Shown in pieces: positions 50,704 to 51,454 of a stretch of DNA of 51,454 nucleotides (position 1 is its first letter; each line of letters opens with the position of its first letter). The stretch is taken from positions 1 to 51,454 of the forward strand of contig JANVYQ010000011.1 in assembly GCA_030059675.1 (NCBI GenBank), given 5' to 3'. The stretch comes from Candidatus Pelearchaeum maunauluense (GTDB taxonomy: Archaea > Thermoproteota > Nitrososphaeria_A > Caldarchaeales > Caldarchaeaceae). The notes under the pieces are model-generated. The model was not told the DNA's origin and ran no database searches. It saw nothing but the letters and a program-made list of their open reading frames with translations. The position numbers were made by a program, and so were the translations under genes.

Positions 50704-51454
50704 TTAGGAGGTTAGGATTGCTCTCCTCATCTCGGTTATTACCTCCTCTAGGCGTGCTCTCCTGGATTCCAGCTCATTAACCTCTTCCTGCAACTGCTTC
50801 TTCCGTGCTTCTAGGTTTGTGAGCTCATTCTTCAGACGTGTGGCGTCTGCCTCAAGCTTCCGCGCCTCTTCAAGCTGCTGCTCCAGAACAGCTAGTTTGG
50901 AGTCCAACTCCTTCTCCTTCCTTATCAGCCGCTCCATCCTTATCTCACGCAGCTTAATCATCTTTTCCACGCGCCTAATCTCCTCGTCAAACCTGCTCCG
51001 CGTCTCCTCAAAAGACGCGAGATACTTCTCCTTCAGCTCGCGTATCTCCTCCTCAAGCTTCTCCTTACGCTGCTGCAAGTACTTCAGCGTCTCCTGCGTC
51101 TGGGCTATCTGCCGCTCGTTCCTCTCAAGCTCAGCTCTCCACTGGTCAACCTCCTCCTTAAGCCGTCTCAGGTTGTTCCGCTCAGTCTCAAAGCGTCGTA
51201 TATCCTCGTTGAGTAGCATACGCTCCCTTTCTAGCGCGTTGATAATCTCCATAACAGCTTCTTGCATGGACTTAATCTGGGAACCATAATCCTTCAGGCT
51301 TGTGAGCGAGGAATAAACCTCCTCAGCCCTCTTGAGGAGGGCGTCCATCCGGCTTGTAACCGTCATGGGGGAGGATGTCTGGGCTATTACCGTCCGCACA
51401 TCATCATTAAGGTTGACCAACGCCACCTCAAGCAGGGATACCTTCTCCTCAAGC
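50704..51454 (-). CDS. Long coiled-coil protein (5' end outside window)
   Basis: Continuous E/K/R/L heptads; the frame stays open to the window end. Confidence 0.8.
   Translation of the reverse strand, partial: LEEKVSLLEVALVNLNDDVRTVIAQTSSPMTVTSRMDALLKRAEEVYSSLTSLKDYGSQIKSMQEAVMEIINALERERMLLNEDIRRFETERNNLRRLKEEVDQWRAELERNERQIAQTQETLKYLQQRKEKLEEEIRELKEKYLASFEETRSRFDEEIRRVEKMIKLREIRMERLIRKEKELDSKLAVLEQQLEEARKLEADATRLKNELTNLEARKKQLQEEVNELESRRARLEEVITEMRRAILTS

Noticed and set aside
50704-51454. ESCRT-III, SMC or crescentin assignment for the long coiled coil
   Set aside because: Only generic heptads are visible, with no diagnostic motif, and the N-terminus is outside the window.

Overview
Archaeal chromosome segment, most likely Aigarchaeota (Caldarchaeales). 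This is inferred from the Caldiarchaeum-type ubiquitin operon together with TACK-type housekeeping genes. Two parts are visible. (1) About 1-15.7 kb is a visibly AT-richer, decaying accessory region. It holds a catDE/DsbA/HxlR quinone-stress cluster with a perfect operator palindrome, and a truncated diverged copy plus an intact copy of FBP aldolase/phosphatase flanking toxin-antitoxin pairs whose toxins are point-inactivated. It also holds type III CRISPR debris (crn1-like CARF, broken cmr4, csx1 stub; no array) and a degraded priL/HTH/LAGLIDADG module containing a GC-rich pseudoknot-like element. (2) About 15.7-51.4 kb is GC-richer core. It holds an F420-dependent LLM oxidoreductase, tandem-SIS protein, SRP RNA, tRNA-Ser(GCT), tyrA, a chorismate mutase-aminotransferase fusion, rps10, EF-1alpha, a CoA-transferase, a nucleoside ABC transporter, upp, trm14, and tRNA-Lys(CTT) with a non-canonical T-arm intron. 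Then come cdc48, rpl12, alaS, rpl10/rpl1/rpl11 with an unannotated 44-aa basic C2HC zinc-finger ORF inside the operon, and a eukaryote-like Ub-E2-E1-RING E3 operon followed by coiled-coil genes. All calls come from motif recognition by eye; no database searches were run.
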